From NCBI GenBank assembly GCA_010015805.1, contig ML978142.1, positions 62,001 through 126,000 on the forward strand: 64,000 bases of DNA, given 5' to 3'. Shown piece by piece: positions 1 to 13,371 of this stretch. The DNA comes from Rhizodiscina lignyota. Lineage: Eukaryota. Under the pieces are notes generated by a model. The model made no database searches. It was not told the origin of the DNA and worked only from the letters and a program-made list of their open reading frames with translations. Made by a program: the position numbers and the translations under genes. Position 1 is the stretch's first letter. Every line of letters starts with the position of its first letter.

Positions 1-473
1 CTACCAGCCCAAGTCGTACTCGCACAATTAATATCCTCCCAAGTGTCGTCATCCAGACGTTCCACTCATGTCCCAAAGCCAAACCAAAATCAATCCCCTC
101 ATGATACTTGGCGATTCTGCCAGCCAATTCGTATCCAGTCGTCCCTATCCACGTGATCAAATCCAAACCAACAACGTCCATCCCTCACGAAGCACTAGTA
201 CCCTCGTTACCCTCCTCGATCGTTTCATCGTCGTCCTTTTCGATCCCCTCTTCGATCCTCGACATCGACGCTGCCGGTTCCGACCTGGAGCGTCCCGGTC
301 TAAACACCTCCCTGATGCCGAGTCCGACGTTGCCCTCTCTCAAGCGATCCAGGAAGTTGGTGCCACTCGAACTCGGCCCTCTACTCAAAATATAGATCCA
401 GTAATTCTCCCACAGCAAAACATCAACACCAAAGCAAGAAATCCAAATCGGGAAGAGCAAGTATATGCAAAAC

Positions 474-3400
474 TCACCCAGCCGGCCCTCCATGGCTCCT
501 GACCAACCGTCCGCCAGCACTGACTCTCTTCATCAACCGCGCCTCCCGATCCCTCATACTTCCACCGCCTGCATTCAACGACGAAATCACCCCCGGTCCC
601 GAGAGCTGCTGGGCGTTCGGCAGCGACCCCGGAAGCGCAGCGAGCGCGTCGCCACTGCCGTCCGCGGCACCGTCCATCCTCTGGCCGCTTAGGGCGCCGA
701 TGCCTCTCCGTCCACTGCGTTGTTCTGCCTTCTGATCGAGGTAGAAGCGCGCGCTTGTGCTGAGGGGAATCGGTGCCGGTTGAGTGGGAAGGTCTGCGCC
801 ATTGAGGAGGAGGAGTTCTGCGACGGGGAAGGGCTTGCGCATTGCTGGCGTTGGGGGCTGTGGCATGGGCATTTGGCTTGTGCCGGATGGGCTCCTGGCG
901 TGGCCGGGTGAGCTTGAGCCCGTTGGCGTGGCAGAGCCGGAGGGCGATGCTGGATCTGCGGCGGCGAGAGCGAGGAAGACGGAGTGTGTGTTGCGGGAGC
1001 GGTCGGCCGCGTTGGGGTTTGCGCGGAGGGCGAGGGCGTAGAGAACGTTCTGGATGTCGCTCTTCTTCACGGATGCGAGGAGCGTTTCCTCGGGTGTCGA
1101 GTAGTGGCTCAGGGTGCTGGAGATGGGCTGGACAAACGCGCGCTCCGAGTACTTCGCGGTAATGAACTTCAGCCGCTGCTCCCGTGTTGCAGTCGGCGGT
1201 GGCTTGGTTGTTTGATCGAGTTTGGCCTCCCAGATCATGTTGCTGACGCGGTTACCGATCGTGAGCAGAATTTCGACCACGTCTGGAGTGAAGGCCGTTG
1301 GATCGAGCGTGATGCTACGGACCTTGGAGATGTGCGTGCCGAGAGATCGGTGGATGCCACTGCATTCAATGCAGATGATGATGCCAAGGTTGATAGATAC
1401 CCAATCCACTTTGTCGGTTGCTCCGCAGTCGGCACAGAATGCGTTGCCAGCGTCTGCTTCGCGGATCTGTTTGAGGAGCTTTATTCCAGCCTCTGAAGAT
1501 ACTTCCGGCCTAATGTGGGGTCGGTCGCCGACCGTTGCGTGTCGAGATACGATCTTTGACGCATTTCCGGGTTTGTGATGGCTAGATAATGACGTACTCT
1601 TCCCCGTAAGGACTGAAGCAATGTCTTTTCGGGTCTGACCAGGCAATGAATCGGTGGATATGCGCTCAATCGCGCCCTTGCCCTCGACGGCGCTCTGCAA
1701 TGCGTTGTTGATTGAAGCAATCCAAGTTCTCATGTCCTCTTCAGACGTAGCCTGATACACACGTGTGAATGACGGTGTGATGACCTCGAAGCAAAATCGC
1801 CTCTCAGCATTTCGAGCTTCGCGGACGGACGCAACCCGCAGGTCGATTGGATCCATGTGCAGCTCCAGTTTCTGCTTCCAATTTTGGTATTCGGTTAATT
1901 TCCCTTGGTCAAGAACAATCCAGAACCTGCGCATATCAATTAGGGAGAACAAAAGCGTTTTACTGAGAACAACTTACTTGTGCCATGCTTGCTTGTTCAA
2001 TCCCTTGGGATCAACGTGGCTTCCAGGCCGGCTCAAAGCCCACAGCAAGCCTTCTTTTCGAAGAGGCATGCCATCGCCAGCTGAAAGGAGAGAGTGGTCC
2101 TTCTCCTCTAGATCACGGATGCCTTTGAACTTATCGGCTGGACTACTGCCCAGAACACCACTTGCTTGGCCAGCGTTTGGAGAAACGCCAACGCGTCCCG
2201 CTGGTACAGGAACGGAAGCACTGGATCCATTCGCCCTTTCGCCAGAGTTGATCTTGAAGATGGGAACAGAAGCTGATGCTTTTGGCGTCGCCTCGACCTC
2301 TGGGGCATTCCTTACTTGCGCAGGAGTTGAAGGCTGTACCGCTGGTGCTGCCTGTCCCGTTGGCTCAACGTAGGGCTTGTTGCTCTGCTCAATGGCTCTC
2401 CGCTTCTCTTCTCTTTCCGTGCGCTGAAGCTGGAACTCCTTGTCTGCTTCCTTGACTTCGGAGGATAAAGCATCGAGTTGTGGAATCATGGCCTCAATCC
2501 TCTTTGCGGTGCTAAGATAACCCCGAGCTTGCGTATCGGCATATTTAGTCAAGTGTGAGAGAACTTCTTGGTCCTTGCGGCCTCCGTGCAGATCCTGCAT
2601 GAATGACGAATAGTCGAAGCGCTTGAGCTCAAAGTTGCGACGCTTTGTTTGGTACTTCGTGTCCGTCTCAGCGCGCTTCTTCTCCTTCATTGAGTCGTGC
2701 CGTTGGCCGAGATATCGTGATACGTATGCATAGTACTCGCGACTTTCATCGTCAAAGTCCTTCTTCTTAGATTCGGCCTGTTTGATGTCAAGGTTGTAAA
2801 GCTTAGAAATGGGCTCGATGATCATCTTCTGGATATTGGTGGTGTTCTGCCTCTCGTATGCAAGAATCTCTTTGGCGATTTTGTCGAAATAATGCTCGAT
2901 CGCAGGCTGCACCGCATTGGCGCTTGACGACGAGACCTCCTTCAGCGCTAGCATGAGCGACAGCACAGCGTCATTGGAACTCGACTGGGCCTCCTGGGCC
3001 GCTTCTGCTGCTCTGAGGACCTTCTTCCAGCGCAGACGCATGCTTCCAGTTCGCTGCTCCATCGACTTCATCGTAGCGCGGAATAGAGGCCCATCTTCGG
3101 TGAGCGTTACGTCCTCGCCTGGACGCTGGCAATTGATGTCAAGCTTTACGGTCGGTGCGTGAGCCGCAGTCGAGCCGGTGAGCGTAGGAACGAGACCAAG
3201 GCCATATTCCGGAACGAACTCGGCTGTTGGCGACTGTGGGGCGTTCGATGCAATCTCTGTTGCGTCCGAATCACTGATTCGAGATGATATGGAGTGACCA
3301 GATGGAAGCCGCAACCTCGGAGGTACATCGACATCAAGACGTGGAGATGCCTTTGGACTGATAAAGACCCTGTTCGTGTTCGCAACCCAGAACGAAAAGC

Positions 3401-4098
3401 TCGCGAGTGTGTCGAGCCTGTGGGCTCGCTGGTTGTACTCTACAAAGCTGCAGCAGTTACGCCATCCACCGCCTCGACCCTCCGCTGCTGTGGGAGGTTT
3501 CCATCTCCACGTCCACTGATATTGCGCTGAAGAGTTGCCAGCCGTAGTGTACTCGCCGACTAAGTGGACGTTCGGATTCCTGTGGAGGTTTGGGTCCGCG
3601 TGGAATTCTCGCGTTATGAGGTTGTCCAAGTCTTTTGCTGAACCCGCGAAGAGGAATGTGAGGCCCGCAATCGTGATATCTGCTGGCGGGGGGCCGGCTT
3701 CTTGCCGTAGGACGAATGTGAAGTTGAAGTTGAGCTCATCGTCGTTGTTGAGGCGAACGAGGAATGACGGCTGTGACATGGAATCGGGGTCCTACAAGAA
3801 TCATCAGTTGATGGATGTCTCCTTGGCAGCAATATGACTGACCTGAACGTAGTCTACAGGGAGATCATCCCCTAGATCTCTCCTCGCGTTATAACGCGTT
3901 GCGGGGAAGGCATTCGGTGTGATGTTGAGAAGGGTACGGTTGCGTGAATTTGTTACGGTCAAGCCTGTTACAGAAACTGCACAACGTTAGTATGATGGTC
4001 GATATGTAGATGTTATTATTGGCGGCCTTACATCGATTCTGATCTCTCAAGTACAACGGCGCGCCTTCGTCGCCGGGGCGACTGCTGACAGCGCCCAT
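474..4098 (-). CDS. ADP-ribosylation factor GAP with BAR, PH and ArfGAP domains (centaurin/Age1/Csx2-like)
   Basis: Exons 4098-4032, 3976-3843, 3791-1978, 1926-474 joined by GT-AG introns. ArfGAP zinc finger CADC...WVSINLGIIICIECSGIHRSLG, PH domain (KEGLLWALSRP...RRFCFEVITP), helical BAR-like region, MG N-terminus. A possible extra 3' exon is listed under findings. Confidence 0.93.
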
Positions 4099-5531
4099 GT
4101 TGATAAGAGGGTATGTGGTCAAGTGAAGGTGGCGAGGTTGTAGATCCAATGAAGCTGTATGTAAAGGTTACTGTTGTGCCGTTCAGCGCAAGAAAGTCGC
4201 GCTTTCGTTGCTGCTACAGCTTCCCCAGAGGGGCCCAGTTAAAGGTTGGTCGCCAGTCTCGTGAAGCTCCGCCACGCCGAGCGCGTCGTGACGTGCCGTT
4301 TGTCGATAGCTGAGGGGAAGTAGACAGATTTCAACAGTCGTACGATGCGCGAGTGTGATGTGGCCTGTATGGGTGCTGTGTCGATGAAGAATCTGTGCGT
4401 CGCGGGACGTGTGTTGGAGGTGAGTCTGTGCGGGACGCGATTGGTGGAGGGTCGAGGTGGTGGGCGGGAAGGGGTCTTAAGCTCAGTCAAGGTGCGATCT
4501 GGCGAGCAGCAGACGTCATCCGACACAGGTAGCGATGGTGCGGTTAAGCTGCATGCGACAATGGCTCGGATTCAGGTGAAGCGATGACGCCGAGTGCATC
4601 TGGCGCGCTCATGTGCTTCTCTCGTCTCAAATCCACGTGCCGGTGCCTGTGCCTTGCGCCGCGCGGAAGGCTCAACGGTCGTTCCATATCTGGCTACATT
4701 CTACCATTTGCCAAATCGCCGCAGATCTCTTAGGGATCGCATTGCTAAGCATTCTGCACACTGCCTCTCTCGTCAGATGTCGGAGAGCTTGTTCCAGCCA
4801 GCTCCCTCAGGCACCACACCAGGCGCCATCAATATCAGTTTCATATCGAGTGCGAGACGCGACCACTGAATGCGGGAGTGCCACACCATGGCATGAAATG
4901 AAATGAAACCGTGGCGCTGACCCTCTCAGCGAGCGAGTCTCGAGGGCGTCCCTCTTGGCGATCGGCGCTAGCACATCATCTTACGTCTTTTATGCCCGCA
5001 CCTCGATGACTGGGTAAGGGGAAGGAAATGGGAGTTATGGGATGGCTGGGTAAATGGAAAATGAAGGGCTGTTTTGCCGATTTATGCCTCGGGCGCGAAT
5101 GGGCTCGTCGATGATGATGATATCAAAAGCCCAAATAAGACTCTGTTCCTGAGCGTGAGCGTGACCCCACCGTGCCACCCGATCTTTCGGTAATTTGAGA
5201 TTTCTTAATAAGCCAGGCGGCGACTGTGGCTGCTGTGGCCGTGCATTCGTATCCTTTCACCGGACGTCAACCCAATGGACCTTCGGACATCTGTCCTAAA
5301 CCAACGAAGCCAGTACATGCAGACTCTGTGAAACGTACTGGTCAACATAATCAATTCCATTGCAGAAAAAAAAAGATACAGATTGCAATCTTAACCGACA
5401 ACTATCAAAGAACGATGCCCCAAGCACAAGTTCCATAATGAAGGTACATGCGGGCCGAGCAACCATCTACCATTCGAGTAATTCTTAAACCAGGCATCCA
5501 ACAACTATTCAGTCCGGACCACATATGGCCA

Positions 5532-6031
5532 CTAAAATTCCCAAGTAACTGAAATCGACACCTTTCCCCCTCTACGCGAGATCGTTCCTTCAGTTGCGTC
5601 TGCCTCTTTCTTGTCCAAGCTGTTGTGACCGCAGGGGTACGTAATGCAGACGATCGGACTTCTTTTCGAGTCTCTCTTCTCGATATCGGTGGTCGGGAAA
5701 ATGTCCTTCACCTGGCAGATGACATGGTTCCTGTCGTGATGGTCGTAATGGCAGATTCCGGGGTTGTTGGATACGGTATCGTGACCAATCGAGGAATCGT
5801 CGTAGGTACGGGTGCAGGTGATGGAGTGGTCACTATCGCGGTGACAGTATTCCGGCAGGGCAGCTTTCGCAGTATTAGTATGTCTGTCCAACATGCAAAT
5901 GACGATGGAAATGGAAACGTTGGGACTCAGATTGACGAACTGATAGGCCGAATCAATGGAGGACTCGGAACGGCAAGTACACCTGACGCGATGAGTGGAA
6001 GGACACTCAGAAAGCTGATGACTGAATGCAT
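5532..6031 (-). CDS. Small secreted Cys/His-rich protein (~140 aa), effector-like
   Basis: Exon 1 6031-5941 encodes signal peptide MHSVISFLSVLPLIASGVLA. Intron 5940-5864 (GTTCGT...ACTAAT...AAG) is phase-compatible with exon 2 5863-5532. Six Cys and KR/KK/RR dibasic sites. Confidence 0.7.
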
Positions 6032-7890
6032 CGTGATATTGATTGAATTGTAGATTGGCGTCGAAGAGGTTGCTTCGCTGAGTCGATGAGAGAGTCGATG
6101 CTGGTTGAATGAAAGTGAATGCCGTCAAGATAATCCCAATTTATACTTGACAATCGCTCCCAGTCGCTTTTGCCCAGGAACGCCTCGCGGCTTCTAGACT
6201 CAAACTAGTCATTCCCAAGACAGCTGAAAGGGCTTGCGAGCCTTGCAGCTGAGTGTGGTGATTGAGACTTTGGTAGCATCTCCGAGAGAATAAGTTGCAC
6301 AACGGCCAAGCTTGCTCGAAATGCACACCGGAACTTTTCAGGCTGTGGTGACGTTGCGACTTGTGTCAACGATATGGACTGATGTCGCTCAGATAGTTAG
6401 CTGGACAGAGTTCAGAAGAATGAGTTCAGAAGTATGATGCACTGCAATAGTATAGGCTACGCTTCGGGGAATAAGGACATTGCAAGAAGTTGCAAACTCC
6501 CAACCATCTCTGACTGAGTTGGCTGAAAAGAGACGACGTGAACCATATGAGATGCGACGTCTTGGCAACTGCCTAGCATATATTATGAATACAAACATTT
6601 ATGGAAGGTGAAATTGGAGTAGAACAACAGCTGCCCCTTGCGTGATTCAAAGCGGCTCGTGGGACCGCAGATACGGATATTTCAGCGCGGTGCAGAAAGA
6701 CAACGACGAACTTCCATTTCGGGAGTCTCAGCACCTTGGCCTCATACGATTGTACTTGGCTTGTGTACATGCCAAGGGTCGTACTGAACATTCCAGATCT
6801 CGTGGCAACCACAGTTCAATCGCGGAGATGTCCGAAATCTCTGTCCACCTCAGGAGCGGAGGAGTCCCTGATTTCTGAGGTTTCAGTGACTGCCCAGGCC
6901 TCCATTCGGCTCCGAGTACTTTGAGTCGCAACATCGTGAACTCTCCGGCGAGCCCGCCCATCGTTCCCCAGACGATAGCTTCTGCAGCGGGTAGTGCGCT
7001 GTATGCGACGGTAAGTTTGTGTAGCACGAGATGCTTGTGGCTTCCAACGGAGAGTTGGATTCATTTGGACAACTTGAAGGCTGATGACTTAAATGAGGCT
7101 CCCAGGCAGCATTTGTTCTGCAAGTTTAAATTCAGTGTAATGTAAGAAATTTAAGACTTGCCAAGATTGAATAATATAGTGATTAGTGAAACCAAGTACC
7201 AAGATACAATTCGATCGACTCACATAGAATGCCCCCGTGCAGGAATTGAAGAAACCGGATGGTCGATATGACTCCGCGAAATGAATTGCCCGAAGCATCG
7301 ATTTCACCTGCACCCACCACCAAGAAGACATTTCGGGCCGATACAATACGTTCTATGGTCGCTTACAATGCGGTGACGGAGGGAACTTCTCTCGCATATG
7401 CACTTGTTCGTTTGCCATCACTTCGAGTGCTACTCTTCGCATAGATGTCGTGCACCCAAACGGGTTTAGACGGTGGATCAAGTTTATATTGAGCTCTGCT
7501 GGAGTGATTGTGCCCTTGGGCCTTTGTCAATCGCATACATCTCGAAGTTGGTTCATAGCGGTGAGGCTTCTGATGGTGCGACGAGCTGGAACAAGATCCC
7601 AAGAGATGGAAGCCAAGAAGTTAAACGAGCGAGTTAGATGGAATGAAGGATTAGGGTAGATTTGGTGCCATTGGATACCCAGGGTTTCAGGGTGAGGCTA
7701 TGTTTAAAGTTGAGAACGCGAGGCTCGAACAGCAGGGAGAGATGGATACCCCTGCTCAAGAACAGATGAACAGGCGAGCCGTGCCCATACACTTCCCCAC
7801 ATGCCGAGGAATAGCCGGAAAACCTCGAACTTTTGACAGAAAAAGTCCTGTCGACTCGAAATATTATCACATCTCACCACCGTCGACACA

Positions 7891-8612
7891 ATGGCAGAAA
7901 TGGAGATTGTAGACAGCCCAGCTGCACCAGAACAGAATGACATGGAAGTAGATGCCGCAGAAACGTCGGGTGGAGTCTCTCTTCCTGCATCAACCTCACA
8001 GCGACAGTAAATCCCTCCTCGCTATCACGGCATGCTAAGCACGTGCTAACATCGAAGCGAAGACCCATCACTGTCGAGAAAGCAATACCATACACATTCG
8101 ACTTGGGACATCTACTCGCAAACGACGCCTCACCTTTACCACCAAACCCATCTGAGGAACTACTCACCTCCACCGCCCGCGATGCCGCACAATCTCTCAT
8201 CAACCAACTCCTCACAACCTGCGAGCTCAACTCGACATCCGACGGCATTGCCATAATGTTACCTACCACAAGCACCCCTTTACCAAGAGAGAAGTCTGTT
8301 CCCGCGGAGAAAGAGCCGACGAAATGGGAACGATTTGCTGCGAAGAAGGGCATCAAGGCGAAGCGGAATGACGAGAGGGCCAATAAGGTGTATGACGAGG
8401 AGAAGGGCGAGTGGGTAGCTAAGTGGGGCTACAAGGGCAAGAATAAGGATGGGGAGAACAATTGGCTGGTGGAAGTTGACGAGAAGAAAGAGAGAGCAAG
8501 TGGAGAAGCTGGTGATGTGCGGAAGGAGAATCGGCAGGAGAGAAAGGACAGGGTTAAGAGGAACGAGAGGCGCATGCGGGCCAATGAGAAAAGGGCTGGG
8601 AAGGCGGGTTGA
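7891..8612 (+). CDS. RRS1: Ribosome biogenesis regulatory protein Rrs1
   Basis: Motifs PYTFDLGHLL, ARDAAQSLINQLL, LPREK, TKWERFAAKKGI, WGYKGKN. Intron 8007-8062 (GTAAAT...GCTAAC...AAG). Confidence 0.95.
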
Positions 8613-9769
8613 TGAGGAATGAGGATGGTACTCAGTTCTATTCCAGAGTCACGAGCACTAGAGCGGTTCCTGTGAGGATCTGGCTGCGCGGAGTACGACG
8701 ATTGTGTATCTGGCGTTGCAGAAACCTCTCGATCCTGCGGCGTAACTTACATTTGTAGCGCTGTGCCGACACATAGTGTTTGCTATGGAAGCGCTCTGAA
8801 GGTGACGGATGAGCTGACTCGATAGAGGTCGAATAATCTCATTTTCGAAGACCGCGCGGCTTAGCAGTCTTACTTCAATCACATGGGCGCCGGTCTTTTC
8901 CAGTATAAACACCGCTGGTTTTCTGCTGGCTGAGCTTTCGTCTGCCCGTTCAAGACCATTGCACTGACTTGGTGATTTTCATGTCACCCATCCAAGGTTT
9001 ATACTGGATACGCCGCAAAGTGACTTGCTTATCAAGCTTGCATTCGCTTATTAACGGAATCTAATTAGCGCTGCTGCATGGATTTAGTAAATTTCACATA
9101 TTTATGCGTACAGTCGTACACCAATCGCTCGGAACGGTTCATTCGTACAAATCTTGTTCTCTGAGTTTGGCACTATACATGCCATACGGTCTGGTATTTG
9201 TTGAGCTTTCCTTCGATCATGGACGGGGTTTGGTCCCCAGTCTTGTGCTGATTTGGTAAGTTTCTTATATTGACGAACGCGCGCGGGAGTACTTTCCCGG
9301 ACACTGCGTTTGTGGGCCTGTTGATACTCGAAATAGTCTTCCCTCCTCTTTTGGCGTCTCTAATTCGTGCTATTGATGGAAATTGGAATAGACGTGCAGT
9401 GGAGGCGAAGAAAAGAATCCTTTTGTATACACCGTACATTTGGGGTGCTCGCAGAGAGCGATGTGCCTACGGGCATGTTCATCCACGCCGATCCAGGAAT
9501 GAGATTTTGGCGGCTCTGGGAGACGTGACGCTCGAACTCCCAGGTCGTCGATTAGGGATCGAAGCTTGTCGCCGAGTCTACCTGTCATAAGAAACAAGGT
9601 ATACAATTCGGCAGGTACCAGATTAAGAGCATGGTAGTTGATTGGTTCGCGATAACGCTGTTGTGTGTTGCTGTAGCGCTGAAACTACGACGACTTGGAA
9701 TCTCCTTTCGGTCACGTGAGTAGCGAGTATCTGGATACATCTCCCAGGTCAGGGGTGAGAAAATAGCTA

Positions 9770-10078
9770 CGGAGGATGCTAACAAAAATCCGCCTACCTT
9801 CCGTTTTGGGACGACTGTCTTAGCAAAATTTCGGTGCTTTGATATACCTAAACTTCGGTGGGTACCCCTACCTAGAAATATATTATTTAAAAATCGAGAT
9901 TTCAACCCTTTTATAACGTAATAATTTAAAGCTTTTTTATACGTTTACGAAGCCCACGTATATAAGCAAACACAGCTAACTAATTTTTAGCAAATTCTAT
10001 GGTGATATAATGCGTATTAGCTATATTAAGATAGTCGTCCTAAAACGGAAGGTAGGCAACTTTTGTTAGCGTCCTCCG
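9770..10078. mobile_element. MITE / non-autonomous Tc1-mariner-like element, 309 bp
   Basis: About 53-bp imperfect terminal inverted repeats (CGGAGGATGCTAACAAAAATCCGCCTACCTTCCGTTTTGGGACGACTGTCTTA / TAAGATAGTCGTCCTAAAACGGAAGGTAGGCAACTTTTGTTAGCGTCCTCCG), flanked by TA at 9768-9769 and 10079-10080. AT/TpA-rich interior with no transposase. Confidence 0.85.
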
Positions 10079-10656
10079 TAGCAGTTCCCGGATTTGCACG
10101 TAATCGTGCTATAGAATGTAGCAGAAGAGGAGGAAGCCACCTGGAGAATCAAATAAATACCGAAGGTGCATCTACGGCGAATAGGGGTGTTCCAAAACTA
10201 ACCTAAAAAGGCAAAGTGAGTCCATAAACTAACCCCCTATTTTCATGCATTTACGCGAGCAAGGCACGAAATAGAAAGAAAGCCAGCCTATAAAAGGTTT
10301 AGAGCAAACCCATCCAACGTTCAGACACCACAGCATTCACGGCAGCGTCGATACAAGAGGCGCAGCACTGGTAACTCGCACAGATTTTGATTCACCTATC
10401 CTATCGTACACTCTCAATGATCATTTCGCATGCAGCAGAACTGGGGAAATTTTTCAAACTACTTGCAAAAGGAAACGCCGCAGGTGGCTCTCGCCCTCCG
10501 GCACGTACGGGGGTATTTGACGTCCCAAAAACTAACCAAAAAGCAGACAAAGAGCAGATCATCATCCGAACCCCATTTTCATATGCAATCATTGCAAACC
10601 GTACCAGAAAAGGAAAAGCGCGAATGTGCGCGAGTGAGTGCCTGGCTTGAAAGAGC

Positions 10657-13371
10657 CTACGGCAGGGCCATCGGGGAAAGAGGCTTGAGCGGTGACAGCT
10701 CGGGCGCGAACTGCTCGCCAGGGTCCAGGCCGCGCGTGCGCTTCGGCGTCTCCATGTCATCGCCCAGGTAGACGGCGCGGATGGACTGCGGAATGGCAGC
10801 GTTATGCGTGTCTTCCGGCGGGGTGGCGCTGCCGGTGATGGAGGGGTTGTTGCTGTCGGCAGAGGAGAGGGTGCGGCCGTCATTCGAGATCGCGTCGTGG
10901 TGGTGGTGAGGGGCGGGGCCCGTTGGACGGTAGGTAGAGACACCGGCGGCGGCAGGAGGAGCGGAGTCAGTAGGCTCGGGCGTAGCGGCCCGAGGGTCCT
11001 TGCCGGAAGACAGCCACTCGTTCTCTTTGAGAAGGAACTCCTTCTCCGTCCAGCAGCCCTGCCAGCAGTTGCGCCAGTCTTTGATGAGGATGCGGAAGAT
11101 GAAGCGCTCGAGGTTGAGCGAGGGCTGGATGCACACGCAGAGGTTTTGGAAGTCCATCTTGGTGCGGTCGTAGCAGGACGTCAGGAGGCTGAGGTGGCAG
11201 GTGATGGCGAAGAGGAGGTAGTAGTTGAAGGGAGGGAGGCGTGAGAGGGCGTCTTGAAGAGCCTTGGGACAGCGCTCGGTGTTGATGTCTTGGCAGTCGT
11301 CTTGGATGCGCTTCTGCGTGGCGCGAGGGAAGATCTCGTCCGGGATGTTGCGAAGCCAGTCCTTGAGGAGCGAGGCGACGACGTTGACGTCGTACAGGTC
11401 TTCCTCCTTGAGAAGATCAATGTCTCCCTCTATGGGTAAGAGTTTAGCATGTCAATATGAAAGGTTAAACAAAGGAACATACCCTTCTCAAAGCGTTGCT
11501 GCCACATGACCATCTCCTTCTTGCTGCCGGAGAGGCGATAGAGACCCTCGACTTCGGTGCCTTTCAGATTGAGGTAGCTACATGGGATTAGTGGGCTTCA
11601 AAGCAGACGTGAACGAGGAACTTACTCGATGCAACGCCAGGGAAGGGCAGGGAGCCAGAACTCGGTCTTGTCGCGGGAGTCTTCGAGGCGCTTCGAGATA
11701 CGCGTCAAGCGCGTCTGCTGGATGATGGTGAGGCGCATGATCTTCGGGGTGTAGTTCTCTGGAGTCTCAGTAGTCGTTTCGTCGCCGTTCTCACGGTCAT
11801 GGCTGCTGCCGCTCCTGGTGAGCTTGCCGAACAAGCCCTTACTCGCCTTGCCGAGATCAGTAGCCTTGCTCTTCGAGTTGCGGATGTTCTGGAAGAAGTG
11901 GCCGCCAGAGTGAGCTTCCTTGGAAGTGGGATCCCGTCTCTCCTTCGAAGGCGTTCGAGGGTTGTCCTCAGCCTGACTCGGCTTCATGCGCGGAGGTGCG
12001 CGGTCGGTAGAGCGGTTTCGCTTTGATGCACGCATCATCTCGCGGAAGGACTTGTCGCGGGGCCCCATGTCGAGAGGAGCTGTTCGCAGGCTTGAATCTG
12101 ATGGCAGAGGGTGGTTGTTCAGGTCGTCTTCCGACACGAGACCCTGTGGCACGGGGCTCTCGTCTCGATGGATAGACTTCGATCTTGTGAGAATCTGACC
12201 GAACTTGTTCTTGTTCGGGCGTTCTCGACGCGAGCCTCGCCCGTCGAGGTTGGTGTATGGTTGATCGGTATTCAGTCGAGGTTCACTGGAGGATTTGGAG
12301 TTTTGTGGGGCGGCCAAGTGTGCCTGGCTGGCAGATTCCGCATGAGGGGAAGACGCTATACGTGCTAGATTAGCCCCCAAAATTTTCTTTGTTGTTGTAT
12401 AGAAGTGAATGTATAACGTGTTTGCGGGGGTGGGGCTAATGCAGGTCATTGCAAATCAACAACACGTGTTTGACTAGATCTGCTCGAGTTGGGCAGGAAC
12501 GGGAAATTACAGGACATGACAGGGTCCGTGTTAGAGTATTCACAAGAGTGGCGGGGCTAAATCAGGCAATTGTGTGCTGGCAAGGAGCACACTAAGGGAT
12601 TGTTCGACTCACGATCAGACGCGCTAGAGCTCTCCGCCGCCTGCACACCTAGCTCTGGCGTTGAACCCGGACTTCTGCCATGCTGATAGATGCCTGACAT
12701 TGAAGGCATAGGCTCGTTAGGTTGCGAGCTCTCTTGAGCTAGGCGTGTTTGAGACCTCGAGAACTTGGCGCTGCCGAATATGCCTCGTGACTTCTCCATT
12801 TTTGGCGAGCCAGGTACTTTCTGTTGGGGAAGTGCAGTGATTGGTGATTGAGGTGGGTCGTAGCTATTGCCAAAGCCTCCGCTTCTGAAGTCCTTCTCTT
12901 GCTTTGGACTATGGGGGCTTTGGTATGGGGGAGAGACGGGAGGGCTACGGAGCGCCCCGGAAGACTTTGTCTTCTCCTTCGATATAGCGGGGAGATTGAT
13001 GGAGAGATTCGAAGACTTTGGCATCTTGCGAATAGGTTTGATGGGAATGAATTGATCGGTTACGTGCTGATGAAGCAGAGATGTTAGCTCCCGACTCACA
13101 GAAGCGGTCAGGTGGATGTATTAATGTCCGCCAGGGAGTTTCCTTTCCACCGAAGCCGAAGAGAGCGGCAGAGCCAAAAGTGTATGGACAGGCTACGTAC
13201 CTTGACAGCTCGGTCGCTGAAGAACCCTGACTGGTAAAGATTTGGAAGGGAGGGCTTTGGGAGAGGATAGTACGGTCCGTAGGTAGCAGGAGCTAGAGGC
13301 AACCGCACATTTGAATGTCGTCGGGGCAGAGCCCTCTCCGAGCGTTGGTATCTCTGCGAATGATCCATCAT
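10657..13371 (-). CDS. Rho GTPase-activating protein (RhoGAP domain)
   Basis: Spliced product reads WLPALPWRCIDYLNLKGTEVEGLYRLSGS...DVNVVASLLKDWLRNIP...LPPFNYYLLFAITCHL...KMDFQNLC. Introns about 13200-13067, 12612-12356, 11625-11578, 11482-11430. Start uncertain (13371 or 13024). Confidence 0.9.

Noticed and set aside
6728..7064. Short overlapping ORFs between the secreted-protein gene and RRS1 (also 9173-9606)
   Set aside because: No coherent splice model or recognisable motif.
11320..11340. Suspected frameshift in the RhoGAP domain where the ORF track is fragmented
   Set aside because: Re-reading shows the frame is continuous (EIFPRATQKRIQ). The ORF track only lacks a start codon in that exon.
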